Positions 25,664-34,997 of a stretch of 64,000 nucleotides of DNA are shown here, piece after piece. The notes under the pieces were generated by a model that worked only from the letters and a program-made list of their open reading frames with translations, was not told the origin of the DNA and did no database searches. The DNA is from Eubacteriales bacterium. GTDB taxonomy: Bacteria > Bacillota > Clostridia > Oscillospirales > QAKW01. The position numbers and the translations under genes are program-made. Each line of letters begins with the position of its first letter. Position 1 is the first letter of the stretch. The stretch is from the NCBI GenBank assembly GCA_045636365.1, contig JAZTXG010000012.1, positions 6,559 to 70,558 of the forward strand, given 5' to 3'.

Positions 25664-27178
25664 ATGTTTAAAAAGAAACAAATACCGATCTCTCGTCTTA
25701 TATTTTTGGCGGCGACAGCGCTGATTCTGATTGCCATTGGGTTCATGATTGTCACCAGCCGCGAACCTGTCCAAAAAAATGGTTGGGTAATTGCAACGAA
25801 TGTTTTGAACATTTTGTTTTTCTTGGTGCAGCTGCTGCGCGCCATTTATTATCATCCGTTCAGCCTGGATATGATGTTCTGGGTCTTTCATCTGTTCTTT
25901 TTCGGCTATGCGCCGTTGCTGCAGCACCTTGTCGCCCGTTATAATTGGGGGGCGGACCCCACCTATGCCGAAGTGGTGGGTACAAATTTAATCATTCTCC
26001 TCTGGTCTGTTCTTTATGTTCTCATCAGAGATCGCGCTGTTATCGCCAAAACTTCTTTGGGCATTTATGTCAAAACCAAATGCGCCCCCATAAAAGAGTC
26101 CTGGATGAATTTTTATCAAAAAACACCGCTTTATAAAGCGACTTCTTCCCATAAATGTTCAAATGGCAAAGCCCATCTTCTGAAAAAACTTCAGAAATAC
26201 CAGCGGGGGAATATGAAATCCATTTTTATGAATACCCTTATGGTAGTTGCCATCCTTTTTGCCGGATTGGATTTATTGGTCAACGGCTTTGCCGCTCAAC
26301 TGACCCGCGCCTCCTCAGAGGCGTCGCTCGGCGGCTCTTCTTTTGATTTGATTTTTACGCACGGAGTCAATAATACACTGCTTTTCATCACATCCCTACA
26401 CATTTTTGATTCCTTTAAAAACCGCAAACTGAACATTCAAACCATTGTCGTATCCTTATGCTTTTTAATCGCCTGTTTCCCCACCGGCTTATCTCGAAAT
26501 ATGATGGCTGCTTTCTATGCCGGATTATTAATCGTCCTCTTTAAGCAAACCAAAAAAGGCCGCTGGTTCTCCTGGGCAGTCATCGGTGGGTTGGCGTTGG
26601 CATATCCCCTTCTTGAAATCTTTCGCTATGCCGCCACCTTATCCTCCGGAAACTTTTGGTCCACATTGACCTATATCTTCCGCAGTACCTACCTTGTGGG
26701 CCATTATGATGCTTTTTCCATGCTCACCACCATCTTTGACTATGTCCGAGAATTCGGAATCACATGGGGCGGGCAGCTTCTTGGCGCTTTGCTTTTCTTT
26801 GTTCCAAGAGCAATTTGGCCCGGAAAGCCTTCCGGCTCAGGGCACACCGCCATCAATGCGCTCGGGCAATATGATTTTTCCAATGTTTCTGCGCCTTTAT
26901 TGGCAGAAGGATATATTAATTTCGGTTTTTTAGGGATCATCCTCTTTGCCATCGCTCTCGGGGTAATCGTTCAAAAACTTGACCGTAGTTATTGGTCGGC
27001 CACAGATCAGGATTTCCGATTAATCGATTTCCTCTATCCGCATCTGATCTTTATGTTCTTTTTTATGCTCCGCGGTGATCTGCTCTCTTCCGGTGCGTAT
27101 GTGATCGCCCAATGCGTTATAGGAACCATATTGTTTAAATTATATCGTCTTAGCATTCACTTGAGTAAGGATAGCTAA
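25664..27178 (+). CDS. Polytopic membrane protein, oligosaccharide repeat-unit polymerase (Wzy)-like.
   Basis: A 504-aa ORF. RBS AAGGAG. It has at least 10 hydrophobic segments, lies in an AT-rich stretch, and sits among glycosyltransferase and flippase genes. Confidence 0.6.
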   Translation: MFKKKQIPISRLIFLAATALILIAIGFMIVTSREPVQKNGWVIATNVLNILFFLVQLLRAIYYHPFSLDMMFWVFHLFFFGYAPLLQHLVARYNWGADPTYAEVVGTNLIILLWSVLYVLIRDRAVIAKTSLGIYVKTKCAPIKESWMNFYQKTPLYKATSSHKCSNGKAHLLKKLQKYQRGNMKSIFMNTLMVVAILFAGLDLLVNGFAAQLTRASSEASLGGSSFDLIFTHGVNNTLLFITSLHIFDSFKNRKLNIQTIVVSLCFLIACFPTGLSRNMMAAFYAGLLIVLFKQTKKGRWFSWAVIGGLALAYPLLEIFRYAATLSSGNFWSTLTYIFRSTYLVGHYDAFSMLTTIFDYVREFGITWGGQLLGALLFFVPRAIWPGKPSGSGHTAINALGQYDFSNVSAPLLAEGYINFGFLGIILFAIALGVIVQKLDRSYWSATDQDFRLIDFLYPHLIFMFFFMLRGDLLSSGAYVIAQCVIGTILFKLYRLSIHLSKDS

Positions 27179-27199
27179 ATATCATTTTGGAGTTTTGCT

Positions 27200-28318
27200 A
27201 TGAACTTTAAATCTATCGTTAATAAAATCGAATATATTCTATGCCCCATTGCTCTTTTTTTATTGGCGGTCAATTATCTTCTTTTTTCTTTTTTTGAATA
27301 TGGCGCGTTAAAAAATATCATTCGTTTGGGTATTGTTTTGATTTTTGGGCTTATGCTCGCGGTTCAGTTTTATAAAAAAACATTTAAACGCACCCATATC
27401 GTTCTTTTTTTCATCTCGCTATTGCTCTTTTTGATTGATTCCTCCCTTGCATATAATTTACTTTTTCTTATTCTCTTGGTTTTGGCATTTCATACCGTCG
27501 ACGAACGCTATTTTTATAAGGTCGCCTTTTTCATCTCTTTTGCTCTAGCGCTTATCGTTCTTTTTAGTCTGCTGACCGGCTTGCAAACCCCATGGATCTA
27601 TACGGATGCAGACACATTGCGAACCCGCAATACATTAGGGTTCACCAATGTGAACAGCGCAAGCATCTTTTTCTTTTCGTTGATGGTATCCTTCTTATTT
27701 GCTCCAAAAAAGGTCACTTTTTGGCATTTGGGCGCTGTAACTGTCGGTTCTATTATTTTATTTATCATTACAGATTCTCGGACCCCTCTGCTCGGGATGT
27801 TGCTTTTGCTTTTTATTTATCTGCTTTTGCTGCGAATTCCCGAAAAATGGAGTTTGAGATGTTTCTATGCCGGCGTGATCCTTTTGTTTGCAACCGCCTT
27901 TCTTTGGACTCTTCCGTTCGTAAATACACCCATTATAAATTCCCTTCTGAGCGAAAGACCGCGCCATTTTGCAAATTATATTCAGCAACAAAATGTATGG
28001 ACCTTCTTTATCGGTGGAACCAACACGCCCGAAATTGATAATTTTTATCTGATTCTGCTTTATAACGTGGGGATCTTCTTATATGGTTTCATTTGCTGGA
28101 TTCTTTTAAAGGCGGGCCGCCAATTGATAAAAAACGGCCGATATTTAGAAATCTCGTTTGTTGCTTCTATGTTAATTTGCGGAGTGTTTGAAGCAACGCT
28201 TCTTCGCCCCGAGCTGATTTGCACCCCTCTTTTTTGGGTGATATGCTCTCGTGATATGCTCAATCGCAGCAAACCGCTTCTTTTTAAAAAGAAAGGCTGC
28301 GACGAACCTTTGAAATGA
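27200..28318 (+). CDS. Polytopic membrane protein, O-antigen ligase/polymerase (Wzy_C-like) family.
   Basis: A 372-aa, very hydrophobic ORF in AT-rich DNA. The segment ITDSRTPLLGMLLLLFIYLLLL resembles the Wzy_C core. The call rests on architecture and context. Confidence 0.55.
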   Translation: MNFKSIVNKIEYILCPIALFLLAVNYLLFSFFEYGALKNIIRLGIVLIFGLMLAVQFYKKTFKRTHIVLFFISLLLFLIDSSLAYNLLFLILLVLAFHTVDERYFYKVAFFISFALALIVLFSLLTGLQTPWIYTDADTLRTRNTLGFTNVNSASIFFFSLMVSFLFAPKKVTFWHLGAVTVGSIILFIITDSRTPLLGMLLLLFIYLLLLRIPEKWSLRCFYAGVILLFATAFLWTLPFVNTPIINSLLSERPRHFANYIQQQNVWTFFIGGTNTPEIDNFYLILLYNVGIFLYGFICWILLKAGRQLIKNGRYLEISFVASMLICGVFEATLLRPELICTPLFWVICSRDMLNRSKPLLFKKKGCDEPLK

Positions 28319-28340
28319 ACTTCTTTAAGGAGGGTTCCTT

Positions 28341-29564
28341 TTGAAAAATAAAATTGCCATCAATACGGCTATGCTTTATTTTATGAATATAGCCAAATTG
28401 ATCTTCCCGTTTCTGACACTGCCGTATCTCACCCGTGTCCTTTCGGTGGATAATTATGCCATGGTATCCTATGTCAAATCCACCATGCAATATATGCAGT
28501 TGATCGTCGACTTCGGATTCCTGCTTTCGGCCTCCTCTGCCATTGTTCTTGCGGCAGGGGATAAAAAGAAAATCGGCAGCATTGTCAGCAATACCGTTCT
28601 TGCCAAATTGATGTTGACCTTCTTTTCGTTGCTGACATTGGTTGTCCTTTCTTTCTCCATCCCGCTGCTGCGTCAAAATCTGCTTTTTGTTTTCCTTTCC
28701 TTTGTCACAGTGGCGCTTTCCGGTTTTTTGGTAGATTATCTCTTCCGCGGATTGGAGCAGATGCAAGAAATCACCTTCCGTTTTGTCTTAATGAAAGGGA
28801 TCTCCACCGCACTTACCTTTGTTTTTGTGCATAGTGATAAGGATATCTTATGGATTCCCATTCTGGATATTTTGGGTACGCTGGTTTCCTTGGTCTTGGT
28901 TTGGGCGCGGGTTAAAAAATATCAGCTTCCCTTTGTCTTGCCCAATCTGAAGGAAGCTTGGGTGCAACTGAAGATCTCCTTCACCTATTTTCTCTCCGAT
29001 ATTGCCACCACCGCCTTCGGGGCGTTGAATACCTTATTGATCGGCATTCTTTTGCCCACTGCCCAAGTGGCGTTATGGAGCGTTGCGCTGCAAATCATAT
29101 CGGCGGTGCAGGTAATGTATTCTCCCATCATCAACGGAATTCATCCCGAAATGGTGCGGAGCAAGAGCGCGCGCTTGCTCAAAAAGACCGCGTCGATATT
29201 TATGCCCATCGTTTTGGTCGGAAGCGTTGCCTTGTTCTTCCTCTCCGATACCGCCATTTTGATCGTTGGCGGAGCCAAATATCTGCAAGCATCCCCCATT
29301 TTGAGATTTCTCATCCCCATCTTGGTGTTCAGTTTCCCTGCGATGCTGATCGGTTGGCCGGGGCTGGGTGCGCTGGGTAAAATCAAAGAGACGACCGCCA
29401 CCACCATCTTTTCGGCCGTTTTCCAATGCGCCGGTCTTGGAATCTTGATTGCCTGCGGGCAATTTACCATTATCAATCTTGCCATATTGCGGGGGCTGAC
29501 AGAACTGATGCTCCTGCTTTCCAGACTCTTCTTCTGCTGGAAATATCGCAAACAATTTGCATAG
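28341..29564 (+). CDS. wzx: Polysaccharide flippase (Wzx, MOP superfamily).
   Basis: A 407-aa ORF. RBS AAGGAGGG lies 6 nt before the TTG start. It has about 12 TM segments and an N-terminus IAINTAMLYFMNIAKLIFPFLTLPYLTRVL typical of polysaccharide biosynthesis (Polysacc_synt) proteins. Confidence 0.7.
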   Translation: MKNKIAINTAMLYFMNIAKLIFPFLTLPYLTRVLSVDNYAMVSYVKSTMQYMQLIVDFGFLLSASSAIVLAAGDKKKIGSIVSNTVLAKLMLTFFSLLTLVVLSFSIPLLRQNLLFVFLSFVTVALSGFLVDYLFRGLEQMQEITFRFVLMKGISTALTFVFVHSDKDILWIPILDILGTLVSLVLVWARVKKYQLPFVLPNLKEAWVQLKISFTYFLSDIATTAFGALNTLLIGILLPTAQVALWSVALQIISAVQVMYSPIINGIHPEMVRSKSARLLKKTASIFMPIVLVGSVALFFLSDTAILIVGGAKYLQASPILRFLIPILVFSFPAMLIGWPGLGALGKIKETTATTIFSAVFQCAGLGILIACGQFTIINLAILRGLTELMLLLSRLFFCWKYRKQFA

Positions 29565-29579
29565 TATAAGGAGAATTTT

Positions 29580-30392
29580 ATGGATAACGAAACATTACGC
29601 AAAGTCCAGCTGGTGCAGCTGGAAATTGCCAAAGAAGTTCGCCGCGTCTGCGATGAAAACGGGATCGATTATTATCTCACCGCCGGCACCTGCTTGGGCG
29701 CCATTCGGCACAAGGGATTCATTCCTTGGGACGATGATCTGGACATCGGTATGCTGCGGGATCAATACGAAAAATTCTGCAAGATCGCGCCGGAAAAGCT
29801 GGACCCGAAATATAGTTTTCAAAATTGGCGCAACGACCCCACCTTTGCTGCGCCCTTTGGGAAGGTTCGCAAAAACGGAACCATCTATCAGGAGTCCAAG
29901 GCCAAGGAGGGTGGAATCAACGGCATTTATGTGGACATTATTGTTTATGATAACGCCCCCAAAATCAAGGAACGCGCTCATATCCTTAAATTATGGTTGC
30001 TGGAGCGGCTGATTTTGATGAAATGCCGCTATCGCCCTTGGAACAACGGCGATGCCATTGATTGGAAGCGTCGGCTTTTCTATCTTCCCTTCCAAATCCT
30101 CGCCTTATTCACCACCCAAAAAGGGCTGGTCGGCGCCTATGAACGCCTTGCCTGCCGCCCGAATGGCGATTCCGGCAATGTATACTGCCAGATCGGCGAA
30201 ACAAACTATTACCGTTTCAAAAAAGAATGGCTGGCCAACACCAAGGAGGTCCCCTTTGAAGATACCACCTTTAGAGTGCCTGCCTCTACCCACGAATATT
30301 TAACCGCCGCCTACGGCGATTATATGCAACTCCCGCCCGAAGATCAGCGGGAAAACCGCCATCAGATCCAAGTTCTTGATTTTGGCGAATGA
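29580..30392 (+). CDS. licD: LicD-family phosphotransferase (phosphocholine or similar CDP-alcohol-derived group onto glycan).
   Basis: A 270-aa ORF. Motifs: LQLEIAKEVRRVCDENGIDYYLTAGTCLGAIRHKGFIPWDDDLDIGM and YGDYMQLPP. Confidence 0.8.
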   Translation: MDNETLRKVQLVQLEIAKEVRRVCDENGIDYYLTAGTCLGAIRHKGFIPWDDDLDIGMLRDQYEKFCKIAPEKLDPKYSFQNWRNDPTFAAPFGKVRKNGTIYQESKAKEGGINGIYVDIIVYDNAPKIKERAHILKLWLLERLILMKCRYRPWNNGDAIDWKRRLFYLPFQILALFTTQKGLVGAYERLACRPNGDSGNVYCQIGETNYYRFKKEWLANTKEVPFEDTTFRVPASTHEYLTAAYGDYMQLPPEDQRENRHQIQVLDFGE

Positions 30393-30437
30393 GAACAATA
30401 CCTCGCATCACCTTCAATTCAGTTCAAGGAGTTTATT

Positions 30438-32222
30438 ATGCTAACAAAGAATGAATTTCTGGTGCTTCGCTGCATCTGCGAAGCCCATTGCCCCATCAAA
30501 GCGCACGCAATTTCCGAGCAAACACAGGTGCCTTTGGAAGAAGTAACGACCATTCTGAACGCCCTTTTGGAGCGCAACTTTATTTCAGAGGGCTATCTGA
30601 TCACCGAAAGCGGTGTTGCCGCGCTGGCACCCTACCGCGTAAACAACGCCATCATTCTGGCCGCCGGTATGAGCACCCGCTTTGTCCCTGTTTCCTATGA
30701 ATTGCCCAAAGGGCTGATTTCGGTCAAAGGGGATGTTCTGGTCGAGCGTCTGATCGAGCAACTGCAGGAAGCCGGCGTTCCGGAAATTGTCTTGGTGGTC
30801 GGCTATATGATGGAAAAGTTTTTCTATCTGCGGGAAAAATATAATGTCAAATTGGTTGTCAACAACGAATTCGCTGTGAAGAACACCCATTCCAGCATCT
30901 ATGCCGCGCGGGATTATTTGAGCAACACCTATATTGTTTGCTCCGATAACTACTATCCGAAAAATATGTTCCATCAATATGAATACCGCGCATTTTACTG
31001 TTCCATTTATCTGCCCGGCACCAGCTATGTGGAGCGCGCTTTTACCTTTGATTCCGATCATTTGATCACCGATACCAATAAACCCTCCCATGATCAATGG
31101 ATCATGTATGGCCATGCATACTATGACCAGACCTTTACCGATAAATTCAAGCCCATTCTGGAAAGCTACTACGGGCGTCCCGGCATTGAATATATGTATT
31201 GGGAAACCATTTACGCTGAAAATGTAAAAGAACTGCCCATGTATGTCTTGCCATGCACCGATCAGGACATCTTGGAATTCGATAGCATGGAAGAACTCAA
31301 AACTTTCGATCCCGATTTCATTGCCCATAACCGCGTTCGCGTTTTTGAGCATATCTGCACCACGCTGCAATGCGAACCTTCGGATATCAAGGAAATTGAA
31401 ATCATCAAAAAGGGGCTGAACAACCGCTCCTTCAAATTCACCTGCAAGGATACCACCTATGTTTACCGCCATCCCGGTGTCAACGCTTCCAATGTGATCG
31501 ACCGCAAAAACGAGGCCTTTTCACTGCGGGCTGCCAAGGAGCTGGGCATCGATGATACTTTGATCTATGCCGATTCCGAAGAAGGTTGGAAAATCTCCCG
31601 CTTTATCTGTACTACAGACACCTTTGATTTTGCAAACGAAGCGCATATCCGCCTGCTGGCAGGGCATCTGAAGAAGCTGCACCAAGCCGATATCAAAGCA
31701 GGCTTCCGGTTCGACTACGCGCAGGAAGCCCAGCGCCTGATTGAAATTGTCAAACGAATGGACGGCATTTCCTACCGCAAATTGGTGGCTGAATCCGAAA
31801 CGATACAGCCGATTCTGAACCTTTTAGAAAAAGAGGTCTGGCAGGTAAGCCTTTGCCACAATGATATTTATGAACCCAATCTCCTGCTGGAAAACGATCG
31901 CCTTTATCTGATCGATTGGGAATTTGCGGGGGATTCTGATATTGGCTTTGATATTTGCAAGCTCTTTTCGGTGCATAACCCTGCATACGAAGAGATCGAT
32001 AAATATCTTTTCAGTTATTATGGCCGAGAAACCACTCCCACCGAAAAATTGCATCTGCTTTCTTGCGCCGCTGTCATTTATTATTATTGGTTCGTTTGGG
32101 GCGTTTATGCCAGCAAGAACGGCGAGGAAGTTTCGGAGTATATCATGACATGGTATGATAAAATGTGCCATTTCCGCAATGAAGTTTTAAATCGCTTAGA
32201 GAAAGGAAGAAAAGAATCATGA
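30438..32222 (+). CDS. Fusion protein: N-terminal winged-helix-like segment, LicC-like nucleotidyltransferase, and LicA-like choline/aminoalcohol kinase.
   Basis: A 594-aa ORF. The nucleotidyltransferase motif is NAIILAAGMSTRF. The kinase motif is LCHNDIYEPNLLLENDRLYLIDWEFAGDSDIGFD (an APH/choline-kinase Brenner-type motif). Confidence 0.75.
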   Translation: MLTKNEFLVLRCICEAHCPIKAHAISEQTQVPLEEVTTILNALLERNFISEGYLITESGVAALAPYRVNNAIILAAGMSTRFVPVSYELPKGLISVKGDVLVERLIEQLQEAGVPEIVLVVGYMMEKFFYLREKYNVKLVVNNEFAVKNTHSSIYAARDYLSNTYIVCSDNYYPKNMFHQYEYRAFYCSIYLPGTSYVERAFTFDSDHLITDTNKPSHDQWIMYGHAYYDQTFTDKFKPILESYYGRPGIEYMYWETIYAENVKELPMYVLPCTDQDILEFDSMEELKTFDPDFIAHNRVRVFEHICTTLQCEPSDIKEIEIIKKGLNNRSFKFTCKDTTYVYRHPGVNASNVIDRKNEAFSLRAAKELGIDDTLIYADSEEGWKISRFICTTDTFDFANEAHIRLLAGHLKKLHQADIKAGFRFDYAQEAQRLIEIVKRMDGISYRKLVAESETIQPILNLLEKEVWQVSLCHNDIYEPNLLLENDRLYLIDWEFAGDSDIGFDICKLFSVHNPAYEEIDKYLFSYYGRETTPTEKLHLLSCAAVIYYYWFVWGVYASKNGEEVSEYIMTWYDKMCHFRNEVLNRLEKGRKES

Positions 32223-32329
32223 TGGAAATAATTATCGCAATTGGCCTTGGCGCCTGGTTTTTGCTCTGCGGCGCAGTTTCTCTGATTGCTTTTTCCAAAG
32301 ATTTCAAGAATAAGGAGGATAAAAAGTGA
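32219..32329 (+). CDS. 36-aa membrane micro-protein, a putative small subunit of the downstream symporter.
   Basis: Not in the ORF track. Sequence MMEIIIAIGLGAWFLLCGAVSLIAFSKDFKNKEDKK. Its ATG overlaps the upstream TGA (ATGA), and its TGA overlaps the downstream GTG (GTGA). An AAGGAGGA motif inside its 3-prime end serves the symporter start. Confidence 0.5.
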   Translation: MMEIIIAIGLGAWFLLCGAVSLIAFSKDFKNKEDKK

Positions 32330-33918
32330 ACATTTATTTAATAGGAATGTTGATTACGCTCTTAGCCTATGTTGTTGTGGGCGCGATCATCAGCCGCGGC
32401 GTTAAAAACGCCAACGACTACTATGTGGCGGGGCGTAATTCCCCCACCCTTTTGATCACCGGCTCGCTGGTGGCCTCCTTTATCGGCGTCGGCCTGTTTA
32501 TGGGCGATGTGGGAGAAGCATATAGCGGCTTTTTTGCCCCCATCTTAGTGGCGGTCGGTGTGCTTTCCACCGGCTATATTGTCGGTTCGGTCTTTTTTGG
32601 GCGCTACCTGCGCCGCTCCAACGCACTGACCATCCCGCAATTTTTCGGCAAACGGTTTGATTCCAAGCCGATGCAGTTGCTCGCCACCATCACCGGCACC
32701 TTTATTATGCTGGTTTATAGCCTCTCCTGCGTGCAGGGCATCGGAACGCTGATGTCGGTCGTCACCGGCTTAAACTATAAGCTTTGCGTCATTCTGGCGG
32801 TCATCGCCTTCACGCTGATTTCCGCCGCTTCCGGCGCCAAGGGCGTTTTGATTACCGATACCATTATGTTCGGCGTCTTTTCGGTTGCAACCATCATCGG
32901 TGCCGTTGCTGTCGCGGGCAAGGCGGGCGGCTGGCTGGAAACCGTTACCGAAATGGCCAACTATTCCGAAATCCCCGGCATCCTTTCGGGCAGCGGGAAT
33001 CTGGATTATTTCTACCCCACCGGAACCGAGAATATGATTTGGGCGGTGGGCTATGGAATTGCCTGGATGTCTGTTCTGATGGTTGCTCCCTGGCAATCCA
33101 GCCGCTATCTGATGGCCAAAAACGAGCATACCGTCATCCGTTCCAGCATCATTGCTTCCTTCAGCGTATTTGTGATTGAATTTTTAATGTGTATGGCAGG
33201 CGTTTTCGCCAATAAGCTCAACCCCGGAATGGAGGCTCCTTCCCATGCGCTGATCTGGGCATCGATGCACGCAATGCCGATCCTTTTGGGCATCGTTGTT
33301 CTCTCGGGTGTGTTGGCTTCGGGTATCTCTTCGGCCACCACCTTCTTATCCCTGATCGCCTCCAATATCACCAACGATATTCTTCCCATCAAAGAGGACC
33401 GCAAAAAGCTGAATCTGGGCCGCATGGTCACCTTGATCGCCGCAGTCATTATCTGCCTGCTCTGCGTTTATAATCCGCCCCAGATCTTCTGGATCACTTA
33501 TCTGGGCGCAACGATTGTTTCCTGCTCTTGGTTGCCTGTGGCCATCGCCAGCATCTGGAGCAAGCGCGTCACCAAGCACGGCGCTTTTTGGGGGATGTTG
33601 GTCGGCTTTATTGTCAGTGCAGTAATGAAGATCTATACCGCAATGAACAGCATTTCTTTGCCGATCTATTTCGATCCCTTCTTTATCGGAATTATCGCCA
33701 GCATCCTCACCTTGGTTATCGTTTCCGCCTGCACCAAAGTTACAGAAAAGGAAAAGGAAGAACGCGCGCTTCTCTTTGTTATCCCCGAAGAAGAAAAGGA
33801 TGCCAAAGAGGTTAAGAAAACCAAGCTGATGCTCCTGATCACCCTGCCTTTGGGCGCTTTGGTCACCGTTGTCTTGCTGGTTTTATGGGTCATTCCGTAC
33901 CTGCAAGGTTTAGTCTAA
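32326..33918 (+). CDS. Sodium:solute symporter (SSS) family transporter; substrate unknown, with choline-type uptake suggested by context only.
   Basis: A 530-aa ORF with a GTG start and about 13 TM segments. The N-terminus is typical of the SSS family: ISRGVKNANDYYVAGRNSPTLLITGSLVASFIG. Confidence 0.7.
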   Translation: MNIYLIGMLITLLAYVVVGAIISRGVKNANDYYVAGRNSPTLLITGSLVASFIGVGLFMGDVGEAYSGFFAPILVAVGVLSTGYIVGSVFFGRYLRRSNALTIPQFFGKRFDSKPMQLLATITGTFIMLVYSLSCVQGIGTLMSVVTGLNYKLCVILAVIAFTLISAASGAKGVLITDTIMFGVFSVATIIGAVAVAGKAGGWLETVTEMANYSEIPGILSGSGNLDYFYPTGTENMIWAVGYGIAWMSVLMVAPWQSSRYLMAKNEHTVIRSSIIASFSVFVIEFLMCMAGVFANKLNPGMEAPSHALIWASMHAMPILLGIVVLSGVLASGISSATTFLSLIASNITNDILPIKEDRKKLNLGRMVTLIAAVIICLLCVYNPPQIFWITYLGATIVSCSWLPVAIASIWSKRVTKHGAFWGMLVGFIVSAVMKIYTAMNSISLPIYFDPFFIGIIASILTLVIVSACTKVTEKEKEERALLFVIPEEEKDAKEVKKTKLMLLITLPLGALVTVVLLVLWVIPYLQGLV

Positions 33919-33950
33919 TATACGAATATTGGAATATAGGAGAAAAAACA

Positions 33951-34997
33951 ATGTCCTCATTCAAAAACAAAACTTTAATGATCACCGGTGGTACCGGTTC
34001 GTTCGGTAATGCAGTATTAAATCGCTTTTTGCAGACCGATATCGGCGAAATTCGTGTCTTTTCCCGCGATGAAAAGAAGCAGGACGATATGCGCCATGAA
34101 TTTCAGGCCAAGATGCCCGAAGTGGCCAATAAGATCAAGTTCTTTATCGGCGATGTGCGGGATCTCAATTCCGTTCGCTATGCGATGCACGGCGTCGATT
34201 ATATCTTCCACGCCGCTGCCTTAAAGCAGGTTCCCTCTTGCGAATTCTTCCCCATCGAAGCGGTCAAGACCAATGTCATCGGCACCGAGAATGTGCTGAC
34301 CGCCGCCATCGAAGCAGGGGTGAAGAACATTGTCTGCCTTTCCACCGATAAAGCGGCATACCCGGTCAACGCGATGGGTACGTCCAAGGCGATGATGGAA
34401 AAGGCCATTGTGGCCAAAAGCCGCACGGTCACGCCCGAAAAATCCAAAATTTGCTGCACCCGCTACGGCAACGTTATGTGCAGCCGCGGCAGCGTCATTC
34501 CCCTTTGGATCGAGCAGATCAAGGCAGGCAACCCCATCACCATCACTGAGCCTTCCATGACCCGCTTCATTATGTCTTTGGACGAAGCGGTGGATCTGGT
34601 GCTCTTTGCTTATGAAAACGGCGTCAGCGGCGATATTCTGGTCCAAAAAGCCCCCGCTTGCACCATCGAAACCTTGGCCAAGGCGGTTACCGGCCTCTTT
34701 GCTCCCGAACACGAGATCAAGGTCATCGGCATTCGCCACGGCGAAAAAATGTATGAAACCCTCTTGACCAACGAAGAATGTGCCAACGCCATCGATCTGG
34801 GCGATTTCTATCGTGTGCCTGCCGATAAGCGCGACCTGAACTACGATAAGTATTTCAAGGACGGCGATGTGGAGCGCAACCCGCTCACCGAGTTCAACAG
34901 CAACAACACCGATCTGCTGAATGTGGAGCAAGTTCAAGAAAAACTGCTCTCTTTGCAATATATCCGCGATGAACTCGCCGCATGGGAGAATAAATAA
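33951..34997 (+). CDS. fnlA: UDP-GlcNAc 4,6-dehydratase/5-epimerase, FnlA/CapE type (L-FucNAc pathway step 1).
   Basis: ORF track 33885..34997. AGGAGAaaaaacaATG places the start at 33951. Motifs: KTLMITGGTGSFGNAVLNRF, VFSRDEKKQ, HAAALKQVPSCEF, and STDKAAYPVNAMGTSKAMME. Confidence 0.85.
   Translation: MSSFKNKTLMITGGTGSFGNAVLNRFLQTDIGEIRVFSRDEKKQDDMRHEFQAKMPEVANKIKFFIGDVRDLNSVRYAMHGVDYIFHAAALKQVPSCEFFPIEAVKTNVIGTENVLTAAIEAGVKNIVCLSTDKAAYPVNAMGTSKAMMEKAIVAKSRTVTPEKSKICCTRYGNVMCSRGSVIPLWIEQIKAGNPITITEPSMTRFIMSLDEAVDLVLFAYENGVSGDILVQKAPACTIETLAKAVTGLFAPEHEIKVIGIRHGEKMYETLLTNEECANAIDLGDFYRVPADKRDLNYDKYFKDGDVERNPLTEFNSNNTDLLNVEQVQEKLLSLQYIRDELAAWENK

Noticed and set aside
33885-33950. An N-terminal extension of the fnlA-like ORF overlapping the symporter 3-prime end.
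   Set aside because: A strong RBS (AGGAGA) precedes the internal ATG at 33951, and family members start with MxxFKNKTLMITGGTGS. The extension is an ORF-caller artefact.
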